Assembly: GCF_001194135.2 (NCBI RefSeq)
Contig: NC_068986.1
Coordinates: forward strand, 45,017,130-45,076,589
Origin: Octopus bimaculoides
Lineage: Eukaryota
Direction: 5' to 3'
Length of the DNA stretch: 59,460 nt
A program made the translations under genes and the position numbers. The notes below the pieces were generated by a model. The model searched no databases. It saw only the letters and a program-made list of their open reading frames with translations, and had not been told where the DNA came from. Shown here in pieces: positions 33,786 to 47,215 of the stretch. How positions within the stretch are numbered: position 1 is the first letter of the stretch; the number at the start of each line of letters is the position of its first letter.

Positions 33786-36287
33786 TATAAAAAAGAAAAA
33801 AAATGAATGTTTATTAAAATTTTGCTGAATGAGATGGTTATGCTTGAGTTAGCTTCTTAACAATTTAACCCATCAAACTAAAATTAAACCTAGATTTCTG
33901 CAGTCCCAGCTAAGATTCACTACTGAATATGACGATTATCCATCTAGAGTTGCTCATCATCTGACTAGGTTTATAGAATTGAGGCACTAGAGATACGAAC
34001 CTATAGTATATTGTTTGCTACTTTAAATATTTAGGCGTTAAATATGTATATTCTACATAGATCCACTACTATATATCAACAAATTCTCGAAATTACCTCA
34101 TAATCAGCGACATCGAGTGAGACATTTCCTAAGTAAATCTTAGTAGAATAAGTTATATATACTTTCATGTGTTAAAGCAGTTTCCTTGTGTGTAGTTATT
34201 TATAGATGATTATGGTATATTTGTATTTACACTACAAGGATATACTCAACCGAATTGATAAAGAAGGAATCTAGGCTCTCTTCTATATTACTGAATAATA
34301 TTTTTTTTTAAAAAGGACTTCTTTTAGACATTAATCACGTAGGTTATGTTCATTGTCCGATAGGATGTACAAAATAATATATTCATTCATTGCCAGTTTT
34401 CCACTCGTATATTCGCATTATAAAAGGATTAATAATATTTAATTACACGGATGTATATTGCATATATACACTAAACACACACTCAGATACACCTATATAT
34501 TATATACACATAGCAACAAAAGCACTACTGAACAGTAATTTGATTTGAGTGTATTGATTATCTAACGCGTACAGAAGTATACAGTCATGTATGTATAACG
34601 AACGGTAAACACACTATATACATGTATATATCCGAAATATATATAGACAGCATTGCAATGTATGTATATAGCAGTAAAGGTTTTCCTCTTCCTCTCTATA
34701 TACACACACATTACTTACAGTGAATGACACCATAGCTACTTCCACAGTCAGCAACCTCTCACTACATCTCACCGACTAGACTTTCTACGTAGTTGTGCAT
34801 TTCAATCCGCCACCGCTCTCTCTCCCCCCCCAACTTCCCTCTCTTTCTCCTTGTGTTTCTTTCTGTCTTTCTAATTTGTTATTACTCTCTCTCTCTTTTT
34901 CAGTGTGTAATATCTATCAGTTTCACGCCAAACCCTATATCTCTTGCTATAAATTCATTTTCTCTTTTACTGCTCTAAAATACTACCCTGTCACTTCTCA
35001 CTGTCGCTTCACCGAATGTCTTTCCCCACTACCACCACCACCACTACTACTGCTATAACTAACTACTATCTCACCCTCTCCTCTGTCTTACTGATTTGCC
35101 ACTACTTTCCCTCTTGGTCCCTCCCTTTTCCTCTTGCTAACTCGCTTTGATTGACGTTGCCAGCTCACTTTTCAAAGAGTCCATAGTGTGACTCTTACTT
35201 TCTTCCCTCCTTTGTTATTGATATTTTATACTGATATATCCCACTCTTTACTTCACCATTTTGTCTCCTCCTACTTTACCATTATTGTCATTTAGCTAGT
35301 AGCTCCACCTTCACTCTTTAGGTTCTTACGGCCTTGCTTTCTCCACCTTCCAAGCCTCACATTCGCCGTAGTTTGCTTCATTCTCGCTTTAACATTTTAC
35401 TCTTCTTTTTCCTTTACTTAACTTTTTTTTAAAATTTTATTTTCTCCTATCAACTTCTCCCTTCGCACTATCATTCACTGACTTTTTTTTTACCTTTTCG
35501 TTTTTCCTCTCTTCTTTCTTCTATCTCTCTGTTTTCCTTGCCACACGCTATTATAATCATTACTCCCATAATCAGTTTGTTCCATTAACAGATTATACAT
35601 AACTCTCTCTTCTAACGCACACACTCACATACATGCTCAAAAAGACAAAATTTTATATCCATTTTCTCCTGCCAACTTTTATATTCATGTCCGGCTAGTT
35701 AGACAGTAATTTTTCATATGTATGGAACATAGTAGATTTATTACCCCTACCAAAGTGGACGCTAAAGTTATTTATTTATTATTCATAAATTGCAGTTGCT
35801 TTTCTGCAGGGTATAGAAGGATCGCGATCTCTCTACCTGGTATACAGTAAAAAAATATACAGTTTCTTCCTTTGAAGCTTTTTCGTGAAGTTAATTATTA
35901 TATTGCACTTATTTAAAACGTTTTTTTTTTCTGTGAATAATGAGAAATCATGATCCCTTGAACTCAGTGAGCAAATTATTTTAACTAATTGAATATTTTC
36001 TTTTAGAATAGGTTTAAATAATTAACTAATCCTTTAAAGCAAATGCAGATTTTCATTGTTTCGAGAAAACAACTGAGGTATACATTTAATTTAATAGGTC
36101 TAAACTATTTTGATTTCATTTCTATAATTCAAATATTTTCTTGTTTAAGACTCGTTTGTTATTTTACTAGAACTCTTCACCATGTTGGGGAGAAAACATT
36201 GTTTTTGTTACGTAACTGCCCATAAATTGTGAAACAAATTCACTCCAAGGATCAAATGAAAATGTACTGAACTCTTAAGTTTGTCTG

Positions 36288-36612
36288 TCTTTTATCTTTT
36301 ACTTGTTTCAGTCAGTTGACTGTGGCCACGCTGGGCCATCGCCTTGAAAGGTTTATGCGAACAATCAGTTCTAGTCTGTTTTAAATCTGGTACTTATTCT
36401 ATCAGTCTCTTTTGCCCAGCTGCTAAGTTACGGAGCGTAAACAAACCCACAGTAGTTGTCAAGCGGTGGCGGTGAGAACAAACACACACGACAGGTTTCC
36501 ACACTGCTTTCATCTACCAAATTCATTCACTAAGTATTGGTCTGCCCAGACCTATAGTAAAAGGTACTTGTCTAATGTGCCGTTCGGTGGGACGAACTGC
36601 CGACTATTACGA
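36288..36612 (-). mobile_element. SINE family A
   Basis: TTTATCTTTTACTTGTTTCAGTCAGTTGACTGTGGCC... through TTCCACACTGCTTTCATCTACCAAATTCATTCAC and the head. Confidence 0.82.
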
Positions 36613-36784
36613 AATAGTCCCAATAAATGGTGCAGCATTTTAGAAGCCAATCAGTTCTGACGAAAAATGATTTGTTGATTGTAATAATTACAATTAATAA
36701 ACTATTTTCAAGGAATTGAAAAAGAAAAAAAAAACACTAAACACCTGAAATAAATTTGTGTTTTAGGGTGTTGGTTGAAAACTT

Positions 36785-37238
36785 GGAGGCGCAATGGCCC
36801 AGTAGTTAGGGCAGCGGACTCGCGGTCATAGGATCGCGGTTTCGATTCTCAGACCGGGTGTTGTGAGTGTTTATTGAGCGAAAACACCTAAAGCTCCACG
36901 TGGCTCCGGCAGGGGATGGTGGCGAACCCTGCTGTACTCTTTCACCACAACTTTCTCTNNNNNNNNNNGTGGCTCCGGCAGGGGATGGTGGCGAACCCTG
37001 CTGTACTCTTTCACCACAACTTTCTCTCACTCTTACTTCCTGTTTCTGTTGTGCCTGTAATTCAAAGGGTCAGCCTTGTCACACTGTGTCACGCTGAATA
37101 TCCCTGAGAACTACGTTAAGGGCACACGTGTCAGTGGAGTGCTCAGCCACTTGCACGTTAATTTCACGAGCAGGCTGTTCCGTTGATCGGATCAACTGGA
37201 ACCCTCGACGTCGTAAGCGACAAGGTGCCAACACAACA
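36785..37238 (+). mobile_element. SINE family C, full length, with 9-bp TSD
   Basis: TSD TGAAAACTT at 36776-36784 and 37239-37247. The ~60-bp duplication around the 10-N gap (36959-36968) is likely an assembly artefact. Confidence 0.92.
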
Positions 37239-37345
37239 TGAAAACTTTGACTCGTGAAAGTCGCTCTCATGGAAATACTTTTAATTATGTCGCCCTAATA
37301 CTGGTTCATTTTCACTCTCCTCTATTTTACATTATATACTTCTTG

Positions 37346-37465
37346 AAGGCGGCGAGCTGGCAAAATCGTTATCGTGCCGCACAAAAAGCTCAGCGGCATT
37401 TGTTTTGGCTCTTTATGTTCTCAGTTTAAATATCGCTTTTTCATCCTTTCGGAGTTAATTGAGAA
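37346..37465 (+). mobile_element. SINE family B, degenerate
   Basis: AAGGCGGCGAGCTGGCAAAATCGTTA...CTTTTCATCCTTTCGGAG. Confidence 0.75.
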
Positions 37466-40400
37466 GTAGCAATCAAGTGTTGAGAACGATGTAATAGACT
37501 TCTCCCTCTCCTCAAAAACTACCGTCCTTGTGCTAACGTAAGAAAGAAATGTTACATACTTCGTCCATCTTCGTTATAAATCGTATTTTCGTAGTTTAAT
37601 CAGATGTAGTCAGTTAATGGCATCTTATTGTTGACACTAAAAGCATTTATAGTTGTGAATAGATTGCTAGACTTGCTACGAATTGACTGTTTGAGTGGAT
37701 TAGTGAAACAACAGTTTGTTTGATCCCAACTATTCTGTCTATTATAGAGGCTATTCAAAGTTGAAGGCCAAAATAAACGAATATTTGTAAGATTAAGAAA
37801 AAAAAAGAACAAACCAAAAACAAAGCTCTGAAACAGGACTTTCTGAGGCTTTACTGTATTGAAAATATCTCGATAGCTGATGAGAAGAGTAGATCAAGAA
37901 TAGTATTTGATTATATCCCCAAGTCAAGCAGTGCAATTTCAACAGCATTCCAGAATGTTCCGGTTCCTTGGATATTTGTTTGATTCTAAGACTTATTGTA
38001 AAGTAGGGATGACTTTTTTTTTTATTAATTAATTAATCAACTTTTGTAATGTTTCGATAATTTCCTGCATTGTATTGGAATCCAAATCAATAACCTCAGA
38101 TCGAAGTGTTGCAGTACAGTTTTATTGGTGGTGATTGCATCAAGTAAAGATAAATTAACTGTTGTGTTTCTATGAGAAAAACGTACAAAGCATACGAAGA
38201 AAAGGAATTTAGCAAAGGTACAGGAAAATGATATATTACAGTCTAACCACAAGGGATCGACACAATTACATATTGTGAGAAAATTATATCCTGTGGCACC
38301 AATAAGAAATATCAACGTTCCTATAGTTGTGGGTATTTTGATACAGTACGTCTCCTGATCTCTGCGTTTATAGACATTTTATAATTTTATATCTAGATAG
38401 CTTCATACTCAACGGATTTGCTAGCAAATAAGTATACATACAATGAAAACAAGTAGAGAATATTTTTGATGGAAATTCAGTTTTGAATTTACAGATTTCT
38501 ATCTAAAGTATACATAATTAGCCACGAGGTAACAGCCATTCGAAATGTGTTTTTTTTTTTTAGCAAACAGTGTTTATAATATTTGTATGATTAAGTATTT
38601 TCTTCAGTGATCTTGTGGGTTTCAATTCTTAATAATTCTGTTATAATTTTTATAATCCTCATCAGTTTGACGACTCATCTCGGTATTAACATTACTTGAC
38701 AAAACTTCTCATATCTAAGCTATCAAATTCAAGTATTTATAATTAAAATTTTTTTTTTGAGTATTAATATGGGAATAAGTTACACTTATGCATCTAAAAT
38801 TATGTCAAATAATGACTATTTTCCGACAGAAACTGCAACGCAGATACGTGAGAGGTACTGTTTTCTACAGTGAATATACGGGCCATATTCCATATTATTT
38901 TGCTTTGATTTCACTTGATAAAGGACTCCACCTCACAAAAAAGTTCTTGTAGCTTTATTTAAAATATGACTTCTAGGAATGAATACTATAAAAATGAGTA
39001 GAAGTAACATGTGTAGCCATTGTGATGTCTTAGTTTGTAAACTGTTAAAGAGTAGAAACGAAACGGTGTTAAGTAAAATCAAAGTCGAACGATATTTGTG
39101 TTTCCGTATGGAAGAGTATAAATAGACAGATTGCAAAGTCATCGGTGCTGCTTTGTGTTCGTGAGAAAGACACTTAAGCATTTTGAACATATGTAAGCAG
39201 CAGCAAACACTATAATTAACATTTTCGTTGACTTACAGTGCAGGATTCAACCTCAATTCACCTTAGTAGATATAATTTGGCAAGCTGACTCTTCTTCAAT
39301 AGTGCTCCTACAAGCTAATGAATTGTGAGACTCATCATCATTAATTTAATTTACTAGATTATGGGAAAATCTACTGCAGAATGCGTTGTCGGTCGTTGTT
39401 CATAGTGGATGAACTGAGTTGTTGAACAATTAAGTTTGCAAGGGAATGCGATTTGCAATTATGGGATCAACATCGAGTTAAGTTCAAAACTGCAGTTTTG
39501 TGAAAGAGGTGAATTGTAGGAAAGTATGTCCCGCATTGTTCCAAAGAATGAACCGTGACATGAGTTCCAATTACCATCTCTATGCCTAGGAGAGGACTTG
39601 AAATCAATATTATAAGCTAACGAACGCTCATTCATCATGTTGAGTTTTGAACTCATTGAAGAATCATTGTCGTTTAGCTCTGAGTCAGTTGCTTTCAGGC
39701 TGACTATGACAGCTCTATCTTTTTTTTTTTTTTTCAAGTATTGTCTATCCCAGTCTAAATCATTCGAGAAGTCATTAAAATAAAAAAAACTGCAAGTTGT
39801 AATTGTGTCGACTTGGCTGCTATTTCTAGTAGATCGAAGGACCGCTTAGAAACTCACTCGTTGCTTAGAGCAGAGATGAGTAACGAAGGATTGTGATAGC
39901 AATATTACAGTAGATATGGTTAGAAATGATAAAAGAGTTCACTGATGTGAAGAAAAATGAGATTTTTCCGAGATGTTTTGAAGAGTTATATGAGTATGTT
40001 GTTTAGCATAGGCAAGGAGTAAAAACTTAGATATTTGGATAGCATCTGCCCCCGACACAATCCCAGATAGATCTTCAGAGACTGTTCAAGCTCTTAATAT
40101 GACTATGATTCTTTAGATTATAGTTGATCATAGATTCTTTAAATTGTAGCCTTTCAGAAAGCCATTAGCTGCAAAGGCAAGAAAAAAAGTGACTCTAGCT
40201 AAGAATTAAAATAAGTTAACTGACCCACTTTATCGTTAATTTACTTTCGTAATCCTGTTTCGATTCATGGTTTGAATCATTTTAAATTCACTTGCGTTTC
40301 TACTAATCCAAAGCCATTTCCTGTGCACCATTTATGTCCCGCCCAGAGAGAGATGGGACAGAGCTGCTCATCTATTGTAAAATACCTCAAATCACGGAAG

Positions 40401-40927
40401 ATCAAGCTATTGGCTCTGTTGCATCAGTGAGCGTATGTAAATAGTTAAATTGAAAGGTAATTTAAGCAATTTTTGTTAACAATAGAACCTCTTAAAACAA
40501 TAACGTTTTCAGATAGTTAACATACCCATAAAACAACAACAAAAATAATTAATTCTCCGACTATTATTCAGTTGGTCGCATTTGAATGCATGCCTTCGCA
40601 AGCAGATATATGCCAGTGATAACTGGGTACAGGCGGATTTTCTCTTGTATTTAGTAAAAGCAAACATTCAAAGACGATGAAGTTGTTAGACTGTTAATCG
40701 ATGGATCCCCCCCCCCATTGCATTACGTCTACCACCAGCTATTTTTCATAAAATTTATCGGAGGAAAGAACTGTGATAAACTCTCCTTATGTTTCAAGTC
40801 TTACTTATCAAAGAAACCGAGACTTTCGTTGACAGGTACCCGTTGATCTTCGTTCACTATACCAGCTCTCTCTCTCTCTCNNNNNNNNNNNNNNNNNNNN
40901 NNNNNNNNNNNNNNNNNNNNNNNNNNN

Positions 40928-40974
<47 letters not shown>

Positions 40975-40983
40975 CATGCATAT

Positions 40984-41610
40984 ATGGGTACAGGACATCA
41001 CCAACGGTGCAAACAACATGAAATACGTAAACAGACGTGTTAAATACGTAAACAACGAGAAAAAATGGAAAATAGGACAAGTAAACACAGAGAAAGGACC
41101 CTTCATCAGTTGTCGGCTGTCTATCTACTGTTTTCTTCCTCCATCCTTCTCTAATTCCCTTTTTCTCCCCCTCCCTCCTTCACCGTTTTCTGTTTGTCTC
41201 TATCTCCCTTTTTCTGTTTTTCTCTGTCTCTCTCTCTCGTTGCTCACACGTGACTATCGTCCATCTTTTTTTTCCTTACATGTCCATCTTTCTTTTCCTG
41301 CACGGACGTTCAAAAGAACGGACATTTTTTCTCTCTCTTCTATCTTTTCTCTTTAAAAAAAAAATGTTTCTCACAGCATTCACTATTTTCCTCTCGTTCT
41401 GGTCTAACGACCCTCCATGTTTGTTTTCGTTTGGTTTCTTTGTATGTCTCCACTGTCATGTTTTTGTTCCCAACTTTGACCCTTCATAAATCTTAGGAGT
41501 AGATAGACAGCCGACAACTGATGAAGGGTCCTTTCCCAGTGTTTACGTATTTAACACGTTTGTTTACGTATTTCATGTTGTTTGCACTGTTGATGACGTC
41601 CTGTACCTAT
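40984..41610. mobile_element. Fold-back element with long inverted arms (40984-41129 and 41498-41610) and a pyrimidine-rich spacer
   Basis: GGACCCTTCATCAGTTGTCGGCTGTCTATCTACT versus AGTAGATAGACAGCCGACAACTGATGAAGGGTCC is a perfect match; the outer parts align with one ~33-bp indel. Confidence 0.85.
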
Positions 41611-42120
41611 CTACTACATATGTGGAAAATCGGTGTGTGTTTGTTTGTGGCGTTGTTAGCTAACTCCTCCTACATCGTTTAATTGATTTTGATGAAATTT
41701 GACACGTGTGTAGAACTCATGTCTGGAAACTTCGTGACATACTTAGATTGTTGAAAAAATCGATGTTACAGTCCCTCGAAGGTACCTTTATAACTACCTC
41801 ATATAATTCATTTTTTTAAACACCCAAGGGAAATAACCCATAGCATCTGCACAATATTTTTTAAAAACAATTAAGGGAAATAACCCATTTCATTGTTTAT
41901 GTTCGATTACTTTGAATATTGATTTTTTCTGTGTCCAATTTCTAATTTTTGCAGACAATATCACTTTATTTGACACGTGAGTAGAACTCATGTCTGGAAA
42001 CCTCGTGACATACTTAGATTGTTGAAAAAAAATCGATGATAAGGCTCCTCCAATGGATCCTTCTATCTACTACATATTACTGATATTTTATTTAAACAAC
42101 CCAAGGGAAATAACCTATAC
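41610..42120 (+). mobile_element. Non-autonomous Helitron-like fragment with an internal direct duplication
   Basis: Starts A|TCTACTACATAT, has a short TG tract and the GATTTTGATGAAATTTGACAC motif recalled from non-autonomous Helitrons; direct repeat 41698-41840 versus 41969-42116; no hairpin-CTRR 3' end found. Confidence 0.45.
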
Positions 42121-45100
42121 CACCTGCAGTTTTTAGTGAAGCGTTTCAATATTTGATTCTCACGATCAGCCGACCTAATTCTGCATTTCACTACTCACAG
42201 TTTTGAACTGCTAAACATTATTATTGCGCTTCCTTAATTTGAATCTTAAACCTTAAAGACTTCATTCATACATTTCTATACATACATACTTTTTTGAATG
42301 CCCATTACTCCGATAATTCTGCATTTTTACAGTTGCACTTTTTCCATGACAGTAGATAATTTTTTTTATTCCACAACGTATCTGTAGTGGCTTCATGCAG
42401 GCATAGCTTGCATTCGATCCTCGATTACTAAATATATATTTATATACTGAGGGTTATAAATTGAATATTAATTTAATTAGTATCAATTTAAAACCAGTGG
42501 CCCAGCATATAAAAGAATCTGAAAATTTAGAAAAACTGTATTACATGCGTATAAGAAGGGATGACCACTAAGTGGACAAATTTGGCTGATGGACGGATTT
42601 GTCTCTTTCTTCAGACCTCGCTGATGCTCATCTGACTGTATCACCATATCAGAATATCTTATCGTAAAAATGCCAAACCTCAGGATGACTGCAGTTCAAG
42701 AACTTTGAGAAACTATTCGTAATCTCATATTTCAAAGCTCTTCTGAAATCAGTTGTTCAGCGCATCAAACTAGGGTGTCTTCATTCTTGATCCCCACCGA
42801 CTAACATCCATATAAGACAATGTTAGACACTACCGACTGCACTCCTTATATAGTAACGGTCTGTGAGCACGTGACAACACTGCAAATAACGATTGCCCAT
42901 TCTCGGTTTACACTTGATTCAGAAAAGAAGTTCGGCCAGAGACGAGCTGTAGAATCATGGTCGACTAAAAACGACTACACTGTTCACCATGTACAAATCT
43001 AGTGAATGTCGGAGCCTCCATATATCATCAGTTATGGCATGTTGAGACCCTATGAGGTGGGTGTTTTCAACTCAACCCACTGATGTATTTCGTGCTCATG
43101 ATGGCACATCTTATTTTCAAAGTTTGGAGCGGGTCACTCCAGTTCCTGAGATGGCATTACAATGATGGTGATGTCTGCCTGTACATATACTACGTTCATG
43201 CTTGAGATAAGCATGCTCCATAGGGTGAAGGCTAAAACGTACAGAATTAACAAGGAGAGCATACATATCACTTCGAGCGCAAGATGCTGAGAGATAACAA
43301 TTTACTTGAACAGAGTTCAGTGCTGCTTGCAGTTATCCTACTTCTGAAGACAAAATAGAAGCCTGCTTCTCTTACAACAGCCTCCAAATATTGATTGATT
43401 GCCAACGTTATCGAAGACTTACAACTGATATAAATTGACCAGATGCCTCTTAACTAGGCCCAGCCGCTAGCCGCTGTACAGAGTAGCAGATGGATCTTTC
43501 TGAAGTTACACAATTTTTTTATGACGACAAAACAAGAGCCAGTAATATACTGAAAATTGACCACAATTAATCTTTACAAATTGATGACCCGATGCTTTAT
43601 ACCCATTTTAAAAGGAATCGGTAGAATAATGGACAACCAGTTGAATAATCAGTGGTTCGTATCCTGCATTATATTCATGGTTAAAGCAGTTCATATTTAA
43701 CGGCTGGGTTCAACTAGCTCTAAGCAGGCACCGTAACGGGATATGGGTTCACCACTGGAGGCAGCGACAGCATTGTAATTGACGAGCATTTCGTTAACTA
43801 TCAACGTTTGATTCGTATCTTCCTGTGGTTCATTTGAAAGCAGTAGAAAAGCTACACGTAGGAATCATTACATGAAGACTGAGTTTCTCACATGCATCGA
43901 AAGAAACAACCCAACATTGTTACTGGCTTCATTAGATGTAATCAACTGAGAAAAAGAAGAAAAAACCAAAACAACACAAGCCTAACACTCAGACTGCCAC
44001 TCGCATTATGCATATCGCCGTACCTAAGTTTCCTTCTCTCTCGCAGATAATACGAGGATTTCGTTTAAGCACACAGGTACGAACGCACTGATAAAGTTGA
44101 TAATCACGTGCTACAGGGATGCAGTAGTAACGGTAAAGTACTAGATTAAATGCCTTTCAGTTTTTGGTTATATTCCTTTGAGTTCAAATCTAACCACAGT
44201 AGTCGTGGCCTTTTGTTTACTTCATTCTCTCTCTACTCGTTAGAATAAGCACCAATCGATTCATTGGGCTATACGTCTCCACGACAAATTTGTGGCCTTG
44301 TGCCAATGTTTAAAAAAAAATCAATATGCTAGCCTACAAATACTCATACATAATTCCTTTCGGAATTCAAAGCAGTAGCACAGAGCAGGTTTAATGCATA
44401 CAGATTACTTATTTAGACTACTGCTACGACTACTGTTGCTACTACTGCTACTATCAATACTACTGCTATCACTACAAGCAGATTCATTGAAGAAAATAAA
44501 TGTAACCAATTGTTTACCTCCCATCTCGTGGTCTCTCAGTTATAGTATTTGAGTGAGAGGCAATCAGACTGTCAATAATGCTCTTGCTTTTTCAAGAACA
44601 TTTATAGATATAAATGTAGCGAAATGTGTCCAGCTAATAATCGAAACCGGGTTGCAGATTTGATTCACCAGTAGCATACTCCTGCCTACTTCAACCAATA
44701 GTATCAAAGTGTTATTAAGAATAAATTATGAAAAAAAGAAAAAAATAAGAGGAGAAGAGAGAGGGATCTTTTTACGAAGGCATGAACATCTCAGAGTCAC
44801 ATTCTACTTCTCTATAAATTTTGCAGCTTTGTTCCTGGAAAAAAAAAAAGATCAATAAATGCACCTCTTCCACATTGACACACAAGCGTCACTTCTTTGC
44901 TCAGTTTATATTCAATTCTTTCCCCTACCACTTTGACTTGTAGATCTCTTCTCTCCTCCTGTAATCGAGTTACAACTCTATTTTGGCTAACCATTCAATA
45001 TTTCGCTATCCAACCTTATGTTTTATTGGCGTTTTTTTTTTTAATGATTTCATTTCAATGTAGTCTTCCCCAACCTCAAGTGACTAATATCACTCACGAT

Positions 45101-45598
45101 TTGTGGAAAGTGAAAAGACACTGTATTTACTCTTCCTTCTTCATACATAATCTCATATGTGGCTGTCTTGCAGAATTAACAAATTTTCTCTGATTTCTTT
45201 TTACAAAACAGAAGCTGCTAATCTTTGAGGAAAACCGTCAATACCTCTTTTATAACAACTTGCTGCGGGATAAGAATGATACTAAATACTGTTTAAAAAA
45301 TATTTACTATTAAAGCTAAATGTTTACAATATAATAACTTTGACATGTTTACAAGAGAATTATAAACATTTCAGTTTCACTCTTCGGAGGATACTTTTGG
45401 CTATCATTTTGTAAGATGAACACCGACGTGGAAAACTGGGTCACTGTTGTTGTTTAGTTCCAGGTACGCCTTGATCAATTAGAAACTATGGCCAAAGACA
45501 TTTCAAACATGGCCATCTTGTCTTTTGTGTGTGTGTGTGTGTGCGTGCGCACGCGCGCACACACACACACACACTCACACACACTTACATATATAATA

Positions 45599-45762
45599 AG
45601 CGCAGAAGTGGCTGTGTGTTAAGTAGCTTGCTTACCAACCACATGGTTCCCGCTTCAGTCCCATTGCTTGGCACCTTGGACAATTGTCTTCTATTATAGT
45701 CTCGGGCCAACAAAAGCCTTGTGAGTGTATTTGGTTGACGGAAACTGAAAGAACCCCGTCGT
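45599..45762 (+). mobile_element. SINE family A, 5' module
   Basis: GGCTGTGTGTTAAGTAGCTTGCTTACCAACCACATGG...GGCACCTTGGACAATTGTCTTCTATTATAG...GAAACTGAAAGAACCCCGTCG then (TA)n and a gap. Confidence 0.88.
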
Positions 45763-45964
45763 ATATATATATATATATNNNNNNNNNNNNNNNNNNNNNN
45801 NNNNNNNNNNNNNNNNNNNNNNNNNNNNNNNNNNNNNNNNNNNNNNNNNNNNNNNNNNNNNNNNNNNNNNNNNNNNNNNNNNNNNNNNNNNNNNNNNNNN
45901 NNNNNNNNNNNNNNNNNNNNNNNNNNNNNNNNNNNNNNNNNNNNNNNNNNNNNNTAAAAGAATA

Positions 45965-45995
<31 letters not shown>

Positions 45996-46060
45996 ACATG
46001 CATACATACATACATACATACATACATACATACATACATACATACATACATACATACATA

Positions 46061-46297
46061 CAGGGTGGCCCAAAAGTAGGTTTACAATTATCAGGTTGGC
46101 ACTTTAAGTTGCTTTTAAAATATTTTATTACGTTTAAATTTCTATCTTACAAACTCAGAAGGGAGCTTGACAAAATTAACTAAATTATTATAGAATAATG
46201 GTTTCATATTTTTTATATAATTAAGATCTAAACTGTTAATATATGAAGGCGAAAGAGATAGGGGAATAACTGTAAAACCTACATTTTGGTCACCCTC
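46061..46297. mobile_element. Tc1/mariner-type MITE
   Basis: TA|CAGGGTGGCCCAAAAGTAGGTTTA ... TAAAACCTACATTTTGGTCACCCTC; ~24-bp imperfect TIRs, left TA intact. Confidence 0.75.
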
Positions 46298-47069
46298 TTT
46301 ATATATATTTATACATATACGTGTATATATATAGTAATAGGTTAGGATCTAATACACAACAGACAGGTGTATCAACATTGTAAGTTACACACTTCGTCCC
46401 ATTTTGAAATCAAAGGAAATTTCGATGAGCTGACAGTCACCATACAACTCACAGTTTAGCAACTAAAGTTACTAAAAATGCGAATAAAAATCCGAGAAGA
46501 TAAGAAATGGAACAAGTAAAGCACGATCGTTTCATAGCTAAAACAATGCTTGTTACATAGATTGTAACATATCAAAATAAGCAACAAGGATTATTTTGAT
46601 TTTTGATCACCTTATTTTTTGAAATTGTTTGGATAATACCACACTAAATTCTGGTGCTTAAACTTAAGTACCATATTCACTTTGAATCTAAATTTCTTTT
46701 AGCTTGTAACATACATAGAACCAGCTTAGCTAATCTTAGGTCTTATTACCTATAAGTTGTTTACATTGTGGCTTAGAAGTTACAAGAACCAATACTGGAG
46801 TGTATAGATCAACATGCCTTTTAACATTTACACATACACCTATGACTTCTCATATAGGATGCTGATGTTGGCACCTGTTCCAAGAGTATATCAATGCCAT
46901 ATATCTGACCATGACGAGTGTCTGTTGGTCGGCTAACTGAAGGGTTCATGGTTCGTATCAAAGATGTTGTAGACGCCTACAGTCAAAACAATCAACTTTT
47001 ATATATTTAAGTCTATGGAGCTGCAATTATACATTGTAAGAGCTGCGAGGTCACTATACAATTAATATA

Positions 47070-47215
47070 CGATGGGGTGCTGAAAAGAACAACTGGAGGG
47101 CCGCTGCAATAAGTGTATGAATCTGAGAGGAGAATATGTTGAATAAAATCATAATTAACTGATTTTCCTGTATTTTCTTTTTACCCAAAGCCAGGAACTT
47201 TTCAGCACCCCCTCG
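47070..47215 (+). mobile_element. Mariner deletion derivative retaining the transposase C-terminus
   Basis: TA|CGATGGGGTGCTGAAAAG ... CTTTTCAGCACCCCCTCG|TA with TA on both sides; the internal frame LEGRCNKCMNLRGEYVE* matches the mariner C-terminal pattern RWxKCxxxxGxYxE. Confidence 0.85.

Noticed and set aside
36899-37028. Apparent 60-bp tandem duplication inside SINE C
   Set aside because: Identical sequence on both sides of a 10-N placeholder gap indicates overlapping contig ends.
39459-39737. 92-aa minus ORF
   Set aside because: It starts in a poly-A run, has no recognisable domain and no convincing splice sites.
42560-43520. Possible highly decayed CR1-like LINE (TLFTMYKS...)
   Set aside because: Only one short motif and many stops; cannot be supported without alignment.
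43890-43975. Strong minus-strand acceptor followed by LITSNEASNNVGLFLSMH
   Set aside because: The pyrimidine tract is the antisense of a simple A-rich run, and no homology was recognised.
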